Below are positions 9,167-18,500 of a stretch of DNA of 64,000 nucleotides, piece by piece. Every line of letters begins with the position of its first letter. The stretch's first letter is position 1. This DNA comes from an uncultured archaeon. GTDB taxonomy: Archaea > Micrarchaeota > Micrarchaeia > Anstonellales > Bilamarchaeaceae. The notes beneath the pieces are model-generated. The model searched no databases. It was not told the origin of the DNA and saw only the letters and a program-made list of their open reading frames with translations. The DNA is taken from assembly GCA_963734525.1 (NCBI GenBank), contig CAVTHI010000009.1:67429-131428 (forward strand), written 5' to 3'. The position numbers were made by a program, and so were the translations under genes.

Positions 9167-10136
9167 GCATCGCCGCAGCGTTCAAAGCCCGGTTCACGAT
9201 GAGCGCGAACGAGGCGGCGTCGGACGAGCCTGCGGCGGCGGCCCCCAGCATCGAGAGGAAGCCGGACTCGCCCCCTATGCGCCCGTATGCCTCGCTGCAT
9301 TCCCATTTCGGAGTCGTCCGAAGCGCATTCCGCGCACTCATCCGCGCTTCGATGAAGAAATCCGAGAATACGAGCTTCACCCGGTCTTCGCGGGAAAGAG
9401 GGGATTGGAAGTCCCGGCTGAGCTTCAGGAGCATCTCCGCCTTGAAATCCAGCGCGGGGAGCTCCCCGGATTCCACGGCGAATCCATTCGATTCGAGCAT
9501 GCCGGTGAGCGCGGCGTGCGCGGTCCCGTAGCGCAGGAGGACGCGCAGCTCGCTTTCCGCCGCAAGCTCCGGGAAAAGAGCCGGCGCTTCGGCGAGCAGC
9601 CTCCCCATCCCTTCGACAACCAGGCCGTTCCGCTCGACGAGAGCCGGACCTGCGAATTCACGCAGCCCGGCTTCCGCGGCAACGAGTGCCCGCTCCACGT
9701 CACCGGTGCGGATGGATTCCGCGACCGATTGCATCGATGACGATGAGCCCCAAAGCATATAGAATAGCGACATCGCGTCCATCGGGACTCCGCTTTCAGC
9801 GAGATAAATGCGTATGGGGCGGAACCGCCCGACTATGCGCATCTCTTCCTCGGCGAATGATTCGAAATCGGACATGACGCATCCGGAACGGGAGTGCGTA
9901 TACAGGAGCTCGAGCCCGCCCTCGGACAGGAGCATGGAGTTCATCTCCGCAATCTCCTTGAGGCGCGCCTGGTCGTCCAGCCCCGCCTTCTCAGGGACGT
10001 AGACGTGCGGCTTGAACGATGAAAAGACGGCGGGCATTCCGCGGACGTCCCCGGCTGAGCCATGCTTCCCGAACTCCAGCCTGATGCGGAGGCGCTCTTT
10101 CGGGATGGGGTGCGTGGAAGCAGCAAGTATTGACAT
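9141..10136 (-). CDS. hypothetical protein (331 aa)
   Basis: Starts 27 nt after the flpA stop on the same strand. Composition looks coding. No Nop5/NOSIC-type motifs seen. Confidence 0.55.
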   Translation of the reverse strand: MSILAASTHPIPKERLRIRLEFGKHGSAGDVRGMPAVFSSFKPHVYVPEKAGLDDQARLKEIAEMNSMLLSEGGLELLYTHSRSGCVMSDFESFAEEEMRIVGRFRPIRIYLAESGVPMDAMSLFYMLWGSSSSMQSVAESIRTGDVERALVAAEAGLREFAGPALVERNGLVVEGMGRLLAEAPALFPELAAESELRVLLRYGTAHAALTGMLESNGFAVESGELPALDFKAEMLLKLSRDFQSPLSREDRVKLVFSDFFIEARMSARNALRTTPKWECSEAYGRIGGESGFLSMLGAAAAGSSDAASFALIVNRALNAAAMHVGGDMHG

Positions 10137-10163
10137 ATAAGTAAATTATATACCACAAGATTA

Positions 10164-10823
10164 TTAATTGCCGCGGAACCTGACCACAACGAAAAGATGG
10201 TCCTTGTCGTAGGGTTCGAGCCTGATTTTCTCGATTACGTCGAACGCCGTCTCGAGCTTCTTCACGACCGCCTCGAACACCGCCTTCGGGTCCTTCGTGA
10301 CGTCGATGCTCTGGCTCTTGATTGCGATCATCGCGATGCCGCCCTTCTTCAGGAACATCCTCGCGTTCTTGATTAGTATGTCGTCCTGGTCGGGCTGCGC
10401 CACGTCCATGTATATCGAGTCGACCTGCCCCGCGTCCTCATATTCCTGCGGCTGGCGCGCGTCCCCGTGGATTGGGATGATGTTCTGCCTGCGCTCGGAC
10501 AATGCAATCAGTGTCTTCATGCACTGGGGGGCGATTTCCACGGCGTATATCTCGCCTTCTTTGCCCATGATGTCTGAAAGGTGCGAAATCGTCGTGCCGG
10601 TCGAAGCGCCAAGGTACAGCAGCTTCGTGCCTGGGGCGAACGGGAATTCCTTCAGCCCCTTCTTCATCGCGCCGCACAGCTTGCTCCGGAACGCGTCCCA
10701 TACGCGGTATTCCCTGCCGCCCTCCTTCACGAGCCTCTCGCCATACACCCTGCGGCCCGCATCCGCGTTCTCTGTCAGGAAGGAGCCATCCTTGCGGAAG
10801 ACCCCGGGGTAAACGTTTTCCAT
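10164..10823 (-). CDS. flpA: fibrillarin-like rRNA/tRNA 2'-O-methyltransferase
   Basis: Fibrillarin-specific pattern: YGERLV...EYRVWDAFRSKL..., SAM motif LYLGASTGTTISHLSDI, DVAQPDQ; 219 aa. Confidence 0.93.
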   Translation of the reverse strand: MENVYPGVFRKDGSFLTENADAGRRVYGERLVKEGGREYRVWDAFRSKLCGAMKKGLKEFPFAPGTKLLYLGASTGTTISHLSDIMGKEGEIYAVEIAPQCMKTLIALSERRQNIIPIHGDARQPQEYEDAGQVDSIYMDVAQPDQDDILIKNARMFLKKGGIAMIAIKSQSIDVTKDPKAVFEAVVKKLETAFDVIEKIRLEPYDKDHLFVVVRFRGN

Positions 10824-10988
10824 AAGGTGGATTTACGCACTTATAACGATTTAATATGGTACGGGCGGGGCAAAGGATAACTTTTAATACCATTATGGAC
10901 ACATTAACCCTGCGAAAAAACATCCAATTTTCCGTCTTAGTAAGGGTTGCAGAAAGGATTTTGGGTTGCACGAAACAGAGGTGCGAAT

Positions 10989-11396
10989 ATGGTCACGGCA
11001 AACGATGTAGAAGCGAACAGGCTCATAGAGAAGGCAGCGCACAAGCTGAAGGACATGAAGATCCACAAGCCGGCATTCGTCGGGCTTGTCAAGACGGGCA
11101 TGCACGCCCAGAGGCCTCCCTCAGACGGGGACTTCTGGTATTTCAGGTGCGCGTCCATCCTCAGGCAGGCGTACGTCAACGGTGAAATCGGCACCAACAG
11201 GCTGAGAAGGCACTACGGCGGGAAGAAGCGCAACGGCGTCAAGCCCGCGCACCACGCCCAGGCAGGAGGCTCCACGATAAGGAAGGCGATGCAGGAACTC
11301 GAGAAAGCGGGCCTGCTCGCGAAGCAGAAAATCGGGAGGACGCTGACCCCCAAGGGGAGGAAGCTCCTCGATGCGGCCGCAAAAGAGTGCGTCTGA
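10989..11396 (+). CDS. rps19e: 30S ribosomal protein eS19
   Basis: FWYFRCASILRQAYVNGEIGTNRLRRHYGGKKRNG...GGSTIRKAMQELEKAGL. Start set at ATG 10989 with GAGGTG 7 nt upstream. Confidence 0.9.
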   Translation: MVTANDVEANRLIEKAAHKLKDMKIHKPAFVGLVKTGMHAQRPPSDGDFWYFRCASILRQAYVNGEIGTNRLRRHYGGKKRNGVKPAHHAQAGGSTIRKAMQELEKAGLLAKQKIGRTLTPKGRKLLDAAAKECV

Positions 11397-11397
11397 C

Positions 11398-11688
11398 ATG
11401 GGCGATGACGAGCAGCTCGAGGAAGCGAGGAGGAAGAAGCTCGACGCGAAAAAGGCGCAGGAGCAGCTGAAATCCACGCTGAGGGTGGCCCTCGACGAGG
11501 CGGCCTACGACCGCCTGATGAACGTCTCGGTGGCCAACAGCGAGACGTACCTTTCCGCGGCCAAGAGCGTGCTTATGTATTACAAGCGCTCGGGGCGCAA
11601 GGTGAACGAGCAGGAGCTGCTTTCGCTGCTGCGCGCGATAAAGGAGCAGAACGAGACGAAAACGACGATAACATTCCATAAAAAGTAA
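11398..11688 (+). CDS. PDCD5/TFAR19-like DNA-binding protein
   Basis: QLEEARRKKL...LRVALDEAAYDRLMNV... pattern and ~96 aa length. The position next to rps19e is common in archaea. Confidence 0.75.
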   Translation: MGDDEQLEEARRKKLDAKKAQEQLKSTLRVALDEAAYDRLMNVSVANSETYLSAAKSVLMYYKRSGRKVNEQELLSLLRAIKEQNETKTTITFHKK

Positions 11689-11751
11689 AAAAAAGGAGGA
11701 TAAAAAGGAACCTTGGTTCCTTTTATTCCATTCCATAAAAAGCAAAAAAAA
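11672..11751 (+). repeat. 23-nt direct repeat flanking a perfect 10-bp palindrome
   Basis: cattccataaaaagtaaaaaaaa (11672-11694, including the stop codon of the upstream gene) and cattccataaaaagcaaaaaaaa (11729-11751) flank aaaaggaacc-tt-ggttcctttt (11703-11724). Confidence 0.8.
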
Positions 11752-11766
11752 CACAGGGTTTTGATT

Positions 11767-11931
11767 ATGGGCGTAAAAGGTCTTGCGAAGAAATTGAAGC
11801 TTGGGAAGGCTGGCAGGAAAATCAAGAGGATACCGGCTTTCGTGATGGTCAGGACGAAGAGGAAGGTCACGTTCAACCGCAGGAAAAGGGACTGGAGGAC
11901 GGACAAGCTCCGCATAGAGGACTCCGATTGA
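11767..11931 (+). CDS. rpl39e: 50S ribosomal protein L39e
   Basis: MGVKGLAKKLKLGKAGRKIKRIPAFVMVRTKRKVTFNRRKRDWRTDKL. Start moved to ATG 11767. Confidence 0.9.
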   Translation: MGVKGLAKKLKLGKAGRKIKRIPAFVMVRTKRKVTFNRRKRDWRTDKLRIEDSD

Positions 11932-11941
11932 ATTGAGGTGA

Positions 11942-12343
11942 ATGCATATGGTCAAACTCGAAAGGATTTACACGGTTCCCCTCGGGGACGCTTATGAGCA
12001 GTCTAGGAGCAAGAGGGTTCCGCGCGCAGTGAAGATACTCCGCACGTTCATCGGCAGGCACATGAAGGCCGAGGACGAGAGGATTCTCATCAGCGAGAGC
12101 CTGAACAAGTTCCTCTGGGTGAGGAGCATCCAGAAGCCGCCCAGGAGGGTGAAGGTGAGGCTCATCAAGGACGAGGGCGTCATCCGCGCATATCTCTCGG
12201 ACGAGAAGGTCGAGGAGCCGAAGAAGAAGGATGCCCCGAAATCCGAGGCCAGGAAAGAGGAGAAGAAGGCCGAGGAGAAGCCCGCGGCCAAGGCCGAGAA
12301 GAAAGAGGAGAAAGCGCCCGCAAAAAACGAAGCGAAGAAATGA
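11942..12343 (+). CDS. rpl31e: 50S ribosomal protein L31e with a Lys/Glu-rich C-terminal tail
   Basis: ERIYTVPL...SKRVPRAVKILRTFIGRHMK...LNKFLWVRSIQKPPRRVKV. ATG 11948 fits the GAGGTG at 11935-11940 better than ATG 11942. Confidence 0.88.
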   Translation: MHMVKLERIYTVPLGDAYEQSRSKRVPRAVKILRTFIGRHMKAEDERILISESLNKFLWVRSIQKPPRRVKVRLIKDEGVIRAYLSDEKVEEPKKKDAPKSEARKEEKKAEEKPAAKAEKKEEKAPAKNEAKK

Positions 12344-12382
12344 GCGCATGATGAAAGCGGGAAATCGGGCTGTGAAAAACAA

Positions 12383-13042
12383 ATGAAGACGTCATACTTC
12401 GGGAACCCCTGGATAGGGATGTTCATCAAAACCAACGACAAGTACACCGTGATGCCAGTCGACACCATGGAGAAGGTGGAGGCGATGGTCCGCGAGCGGC
12501 TCAAGACCGAGGTCGTGAAGATAGGCGTCGCGGACTCGAACCTGCTCGGTGTGTACATCGCCATGAATTCGAACGGCGTGATACTCCCGAACGTCGCCCG
12601 CGAGCCCGAGATTTCGGCATTGAAGAAGCTCGGGCTGAACGTTTACGTCTCGAAGGACAACCACAACGCGAACGGGAACAACATCGCCGCGAACGACAAG
12701 GGCGGCATCATCAACCCGTATGTCGGGCCGGAGGAAATGAGGGCAATCTCGGACGCGCTCGGCGTGGAGCTCGTCCCGATGGGCATCGCAGGATTCACCA
12801 CGGTCGGAAGCGCGTGCATCGCCACGAACACCGGGTTCCTCGCCCACTACAAATGCGGCGAAGATGATTTGCGCATGCTCAAGGACGCCCTCAAGGTGGA
12901 CGGGAGCAAGGGCACCATGAACACGGGCACCGGCTTCGTCGCTTACGGCGCGGTCGTCAACAGGAACGGGTACATCGTCGGCGAGGACACGACGGCGTTC
13001 GAAATCGGGAGGCTTGAAGAGGGCCTCGGACTGATAAGATAG
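12383..13042 (+). CDS. eif6: translation initiation factor 6
   Basis: Five-fold repeat signature: GNPWIGMF, NLLGVYIAMNSNGVILP, NGNNIAANDKGGIINP, VGSACIATNTGFLAH, GFVAYGAVVNRNGYIVG. Confidence 0.92.
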   Translation: MKTSYFGNPWIGMFIKTNDKYTVMPVDTMEKVEAMVRERLKTEVVKIGVADSNLLGVYIAMNSNGVILPNVAREPEISALKKLGLNVYVSKDNHNANGNNIAANDKGGIINPYVGPEEMRAISDALGVELVPMGIAGFTTVGSACIATNTGFLAHYKCGEDDLRMLKDALKVDGSKGTMNTGTGFVAYGAVVNRNGYIVGEDTTAFEIGRLEEGLGLIR

Positions 13043-13064
13043 CATTCATCGAAGGTGAGGACAA

Positions 13065-13244
13065 ATGGTGAAATTCAATGTCAGCGGGAAGATAACGCTC
13101 GGCACGGAAGTGAGGGCGTTTTCCAAGGAAGTCGAGGCCGAGACAGAGAACGCGGCCAAGCACAGGGCGTATGCGCTCTTCGGTTCCGCAAATGGCGTGA
13201 AAAGGAATAAGATTAAAATCGAAAAGGTCGAGAAGGTCTCGTGA
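13065..13244 (+). CDS. rplX: 50S ribosomal protein LX (59 aa; below the ORF-track cutoff)
   Basis: My translation is MVKFNVSGKITLGTEVRAFSKEVEAETENAAKHRAYALFGSANGVKRNKIKIEKVEKVS. AGGTGAGG lies 8 nt upstream. It sits between eif6 and pfdA, as in the conserved archaeal cluster. Confidence 0.78.
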   Translation: MVKFNVSGKITLGTEVRAFSKEVEAETENAAKHRAYALFGSANGVKRNKIKIEKVEKVS

Positions 13245-13248
13245 TATA

Positions 13249-13698
13249 ATGTCTGAAGAAGCAGAGATGGGCCAGGATCAGCTCAATTACGAGCTTGCGG
13301 TCTACCGCGAGCAGATTGCGATGATAAAGAGGGAGACCGAGAGGGTCAGCCTCACCACGATAGACCTCACGAACGCCCTGAAGACGGTCGAGAGCCTCCA
13401 GGGCGGCGAAGCGCTCATACCCATCGGCGGCGGCGCGCTCGCGCGGGGCGCGATATCCAACACGATGGTCCTCGTCCCCATCGGGGCGGAATACCTCCTC
13501 GAGATGGACAAGGACATGGCGGCCGACGAGATGAAGAGGCGCATCGACGCGACGAGGAAGGCCGTCGAGAAGCTCAACGTCGAGTTCAACCGGATTGCCA
13601 GCAAATTGCGCGAGGTCTCGGGCCAGCTCCAGAAAATCGAGGTGCAGGACCAGATCAACCAGCGCGTCGAGGGCAACATCCGCGAGGATTACATTTGA
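13249..13698 (+). CDS. pfdA: prefoldin alpha subunit
   Basis: Coiled coil, two beta hairpins (ALIPIGGGALARGAI, VLVPIGAEYLLEM), then coiled coil; 149 aa. Confidence 0.88.
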   Translation: MSEEAEMGQDQLNYELAVYREQIAMIKRETERVSLTTIDLTNALKTVESLQGGEALIPIGGGALARGAISNTMVLVPIGAEYLLEMDKDMAADEMKRRIDATRKAVEKLNVEFNRIASKLREVSGQLQKIEVQDQINQRVEGNIREDYI

Positions 13699-13746
13699 TT
13701 TTCTAGTTTTTCATTTTTCATCTTCGTTCATTTTCATTCTTTTCAT
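13699..13746 (+). terminator. T-rich terminator region with five TTCAT repeats
   Basis: ttgattttctagtttttcatttttcatcttcgttcattttcattcttttcat directly follows the pfdA stop. Archaeal termination uses oligo-T tracts. Confidence 0.4.
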
Positions 13747-13847
13747 GCCGTTGTTGAACCGGTCTTGCTTCATGAAACGAGTCTGTCGGACGCAGACGGA
13801 TGACGTTTGATGAAACTTTTACCGGTGTGGAGCAGGAGGAAAGTTTC

Positions 13848-15444
13848 ATGTTTGACTTCCTGAAGAAAAAAATCAGCGGCTTCATCGACGGCATCACCAA
13901 GAAGGAGGAGGAGAAGGCCGAGCCCCCGCAGGCGAAGCCTCCGGAGAAAGAGGAGGAGCTGGTTTTGGAGATTCCCGAACCGGAAGCGATTTCCGGGCCT
14001 GAGGAAAAACCTGCAAGAAGAGGAGGCGAAAGCGCCCCCGAAAAAAGAGCGCGGGGAGAAAGAGCCCGCTCCGAAGCAGGAACCGAAGAAAGCCAGGCCG
14101 GAGCAGAAAAGAGAGCCGGCCCTCGAAGCGAAGAAAGAGCCGGAAAGGCCGCCGGAGAAAGCCCCGGAAAAAATCGCAGGGAAACCCATCCCTAAAGCCG
14201 TTCCAATCCCCAAGCCTGAACCGGTAAAGGCACCGGTTCCCGCACAGAAAAAACCCGAACCGGTTGTAGCGCAAAAACCCGCTCCGGAGATTAAGCAAGC
14301 GCCACATGCGCCAATCATCAAGCCGGTGACAAAACCAACCCCGGAACCAAAACCTGCCCCAATCGCCAAACCAAAAATAACACCCGCCCCCGAACCTGAA
14401 CGTGAAATCGAGGAGGTTCCGGGACGGGAGCAGGAAGCCGAACCTGCCCCGGAGATGGTAAAAGAACCTGAACCAAAGCCAGCCCAGGCGCCCGAACCGA
14501 AGATTGCGCCTGCGATAATGAAGGAAGAACCAGCGGAAAAGCCCAAGGAAAGAATCAAGCTCGGCATCATCGGGGCGGTCAAGAGCCTAATCACGCGCGA
14601 GGTCGAAATCAGCGAGAAGGACGTCAAGGAGATGGTCGAATCCCTGGAGCTGGAGCTGCTCGAGGCGGACGTGGACATAGGCGTGGCCGAAAGCATAAAG
14701 GAGGAGCTGATGGGCAAGCTCGTCGGCTCGAAAATCGGCAAGGACAAGCTCCATTCCTTCATCAGCGGCTCGATTAAGGAGACGCTCGTGGACATGCTAA
14801 CGAACGAGAAGGATTTCGACATCGTTTCACGGGTCGATTCGTGCGCCGAGAAGCCAATCAAGATAATGTTCATTGGAATAAACGGGGCGGGCAAGACCAC
14901 GACCATCGCGAAAGTGGCCAAGCTTCTCATGGACGCGAACAAGAAGGTGGTTTTCGCAGCAGCCGACACGTTCCGCGCGGCGGCTATCGAGCAGATGGCG
15001 GTGCATGCAGACCGCCTGAATGTGAAAATGATAGCGCGCGAATATGGCAGCGACCCGACCTCGGTGGCATACGACGCGGTGAACTACGCTAAGGCGCACG
15101 GGGCGGACGCGGTCCTGATAGACACCGCAGGCAGGCAGGACACGAACATCTCCCTCCTGAACGAGATGAAGAAGATGAAGCGCGTGATTTCCCCGGACAT
15201 CACAATCTACATCGGGGAGAGCATAGCCGGGAATGCGATTCTCGAGCAGGTTTCAGCCTTCAACAGGGAGGTCGGCGTGGACGCGGTCATATTGAGCAAG
15301 CTGGACTGCGACCCGAAAGGGGGCACGATGCTCTCAATCAGCAGGGTTACAGGCGTGCCGATTATTTACGTCGGCATAGGGCAGGGATACGACGCGCTCG
15401 AGCGCTTCGACCCGCAGAGGATTGTGAGCCGCATCGTGGATTAG
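13848..15444 (+). CDS. ftsY: signal recognition particle receptor FtsY; frame interrupted once as sequenced
   Basis: AGGAGGA lies 7 nt before ATG 13848. MFDFLKKKISGFIDGI N-terminus, Glu/Lys/Pro-rich A domain, NG domain with GINGAGKTTTIAK, DTAGRQ and LSKLDCDPKGG. The start frame turns to Arg-rich junk after ...PEEK. The NG frame is open back to about 14010 and reads QEEEAKAPPKKE... Changing the A5 run at 14005-14009 to A4 joins them. Confidence 0.88.
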
Positions 15445-15554
15445 CGCTAATTTTCAGAATAGCACGAAAAACCATAAATCCATACTTTTAAAAAGACTAT
15501 TCGCCATATTAATCTACAAAGTATCATAGAAGACATATTGCTTTAGGTGAACAC

Positions 15555-18500
15555 ATGGCGGGACCAATCGTAGGCGGACCAGATCCGACGGGGATGGGAC
15601 AGGCGAGGAATGTCGACGGAGCGGCCAAGAGGGCGGCGGATACTGCCAAAGGCATGGCTGCAGGTTTTTCAGCATGGAGGGAGGAGCGCAAAATCAAGAA
15701 GGATGAAAAGGACCTTTCCCGCAAGCAGGAGGCCCAGCGCAGGCTCGATGCGAAAGCGGAGAAGGCGAAGAAAGCCGAGGATGCCGCCGCGCCCCAAATC
15801 GACGAAAAGGCCATCCAGGGCGCCCACATGACCGAGTTCAACCGCTTCTTCCTCGACGCGGTCCGCAGGGGGCAGAGCAGGACCATCCAGGCCACCAGCG
15901 CCGACTCGATAATCCGGGAGGTCATCTGCCACGACAGCTTCATCAGGGCGATAGCCAACGTCACGGTCAGGACGCCGCTCGAGCAGATGGACACCGAATA
16001 CCAGAAGGAGATGGGCGGAAGGAGGCAGAGGCTCGCCCAGCAGCTCATGAAGGCCAAGGAGCAGAAGGAGTTCATGATCGGCGAGCTCACGGCGCACGAA
16101 CTCGACATCATTTACGCGACGATGCTCGGCACCCCAGAAGACGACGCGATAGCCAAGACGCCGGGCGCGGTGGAGATATGGCAGAACGCGCCGTGGCCGG
16201 AGAGGCTCCCGAAGCCGCCCGAAGCGTTTTTCATGTTCCTCGAAAGCATCGCGATAAGGGAGAGGCCCGAATCGAAAGGCGCGTTCATAGGCAACGTGCT
16301 CAAGAAGCTCTCGGTCGCGAGGACTTTCGTGGACACCGGCGACACGACGCTCCGCACGCTTGTGGACGGGGCGTTCATCAACGATTACCTTTACCGGACA
16401 TCGGCATACCCGATAGACACCGCGGTGGAGAGCTTCCACTCATTGACCGCGACGCTGTTCGCCACACCTACAAGCCAGATTGAGCCGGCCCTCGGCATGC
16501 CCGGCGTAGACTACGAGAAGGGCTACGCGCAGGCGCTTTCAGAGAAGCATGCCTGGGTGGAGCAGGCGAGGCAGGTCGTCGCGCAGAACCAGGTCAGCCT
16601 GGAGCAGGCGGTGGCGGCGCACGGCACCGCGGTCGCGGCGGTCGAAGCCGCGCAGAAGGAGGTCAACCGCTACTCGGACTACAAGAAGAGGACCGACAAG
16701 GGCGAGAAAATCACGCTCCGGGCGGACATCATACTTGCAAAAAACGACCCGAGGATTGCGACCGCGCTCACTGCGGCGAGAGCATTCCTAGAGGCGAAGA
16801 ACACCGAACTCGAGGCCGCGACCAAGTGGCTCGGCGCCGCACAGGCGGCCAAGGCGAAGGTAGACAAGGAGCTCTCGAGGCGCGAAGCCGAATGCGCCAA
16901 GTACCAGGCCGAGGCGAACCCGCAGGCGTTTGCGCGCGAACTGGCGTCGCACTTCAAGTCGCTCCTCGAGGAGAACCGCGACTCTAACGTGGATTTCGGG
17001 CTGGTCGCGGACAGGATTGCGCCGAGGCTCCCGAACCCGGTCATCGATTCTCTCCTTGCGAGGGCGACCGAGCTTGCCCGGGAGAGGGACGAGTTCGCCC
17101 ACGTGTTCGTCGGCAGCCAGATGGCCGATGCCGCGGCCGGCGAAGAGGGCGGAAAAGGCAAGAGCACGACGGACGTCGCGCACAGCATCATAGGCTACAG
17201 GCTCCCGCAGTTCGAGAGTAAGCTCGCTGAATTCGAGCGGGCAATTGAAACTGCCGAACTGCCGGACACCCCGGAGGCATCATCGAAGGAGCCCCTGCGC
17301 GGCATCGTCCGCGGGCTCAAGCACTTCGGCGTGCAGTCGAGCTTCATCGATGAGCAAATCGGCAAGGTGAGGAACGCGCACAGCCAGCCGCTAAGGAGGG
17401 CGGTGCAGATTTCCGTGAAATCGCTCGGCGAAAGGAGCTACAGGAACCTTGCAGGCATCACGGACCAGGAGAAAATCGCCGCGAGGATGGCCTACGAGGC
17501 GCGCACCGGCGACCTGGAAGGCAGGCCGGGCCGGACCGAGGGGAAATGGGCCAGGTTCTGGCAGAATGTCAAATACCACCTCTTCACGACTGAATCATGG
17601 GTCAGCAGGGACAGGCAGAGGCCGGGCAAGCTCGTCAAGCTCTACAGGTGGTCGATTGCCTCGGACATCGAAGGCCTGCACCCGGGCAACTGGCTGACGA
17701 GGAAGCCGGGGAGGAGGCCGGACGGCACGCCGTATAAGAATTGGACGCCGAGGGTCCTCGACAGCATCTGGGGCCTGACATGGAAGGGCTATATCGTCGG
17801 CACGCTGATTGGCGGGGCCGCGATAACGACGCAGGAGTTCCACTGGTACAACCCGCTCACGTGGGTGGGGAGGCCGGCCACTGTAGCCGCCCAGTGGGCG
17901 TTCAACGGGAGCCGCCCGATTTACCTTCCGGAGAGCCAGGACCACTGGTATTTCCCGTGGTCGTTCACCATGCCCAAGGCATCCGAGAGGCAGATGCGCC
18001 GCGTGATTGACGACAACTACGACATACCCGGAAGGCTGAGGGGCCGCGGTGTGGAGTATTACAAGCATGCATACGGCGTCGGGACGCACAGGCTCGCGAC
18101 CGAGCAGGACGATTCCGGCATGGGCCGGAGGTTGGAGTGGCTCCAGAGGCACCAGGACGTGCTGACATTCTTCCAGGAGAGGACGACCCTCAACATGGAG
18201 GTGCAGGCGAGGGTGGTCGGGGACAGGCCGGAGAACTGCTTCACGACGCGCGCGCCGAACCAGCCGAGGGAAACGATGGTGGCGCCGGTTGCGGCGCCGG
18301 CCGGAAGCCAGACGGCAGCGCCCGGAGCTGCGCCGGCTGCGCCCGCGACAGCGACCGCCGCGCCGCCCCCGCAGGCGAACGCGCCGAACAGCTGCAAGAG
18401 CGTCGGCGTCACGACCGCCGAGCTTGCGCGCGACTACCGCCCGGTGACGGACCCGAACGACGGCTACCAGCCGGGCATGAAGGTCTGCTGCACGATACAG

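Noticed and set aside
9141-10136. The 331-aa ORF downstream of flpA as a divergent Nop5
   Set aside because: The gene order is wrong (nop5 normally precedes flpA), and I see no coiled-coil plus Nop-domain pattern.
13706-13746. Short periodic TTTTCAT/TTCAT motif considered as a CRISPR-like or tandem-repeat array
   Set aside because: The units are 5-7 nt with irregular spacing, in a 40-nt T-rich tract right after a stop codon. This is consistent with an oligo-T terminator. No CRISPR array exists anywhere in the window.
13770-14969. 399-aa minus-strand ORF
   Set aside because: Antisense to ftsY. Its Ser/Gly/Ala/Phe low-complexity translation mirrors the Glu/Lys/Pro-rich A domain.
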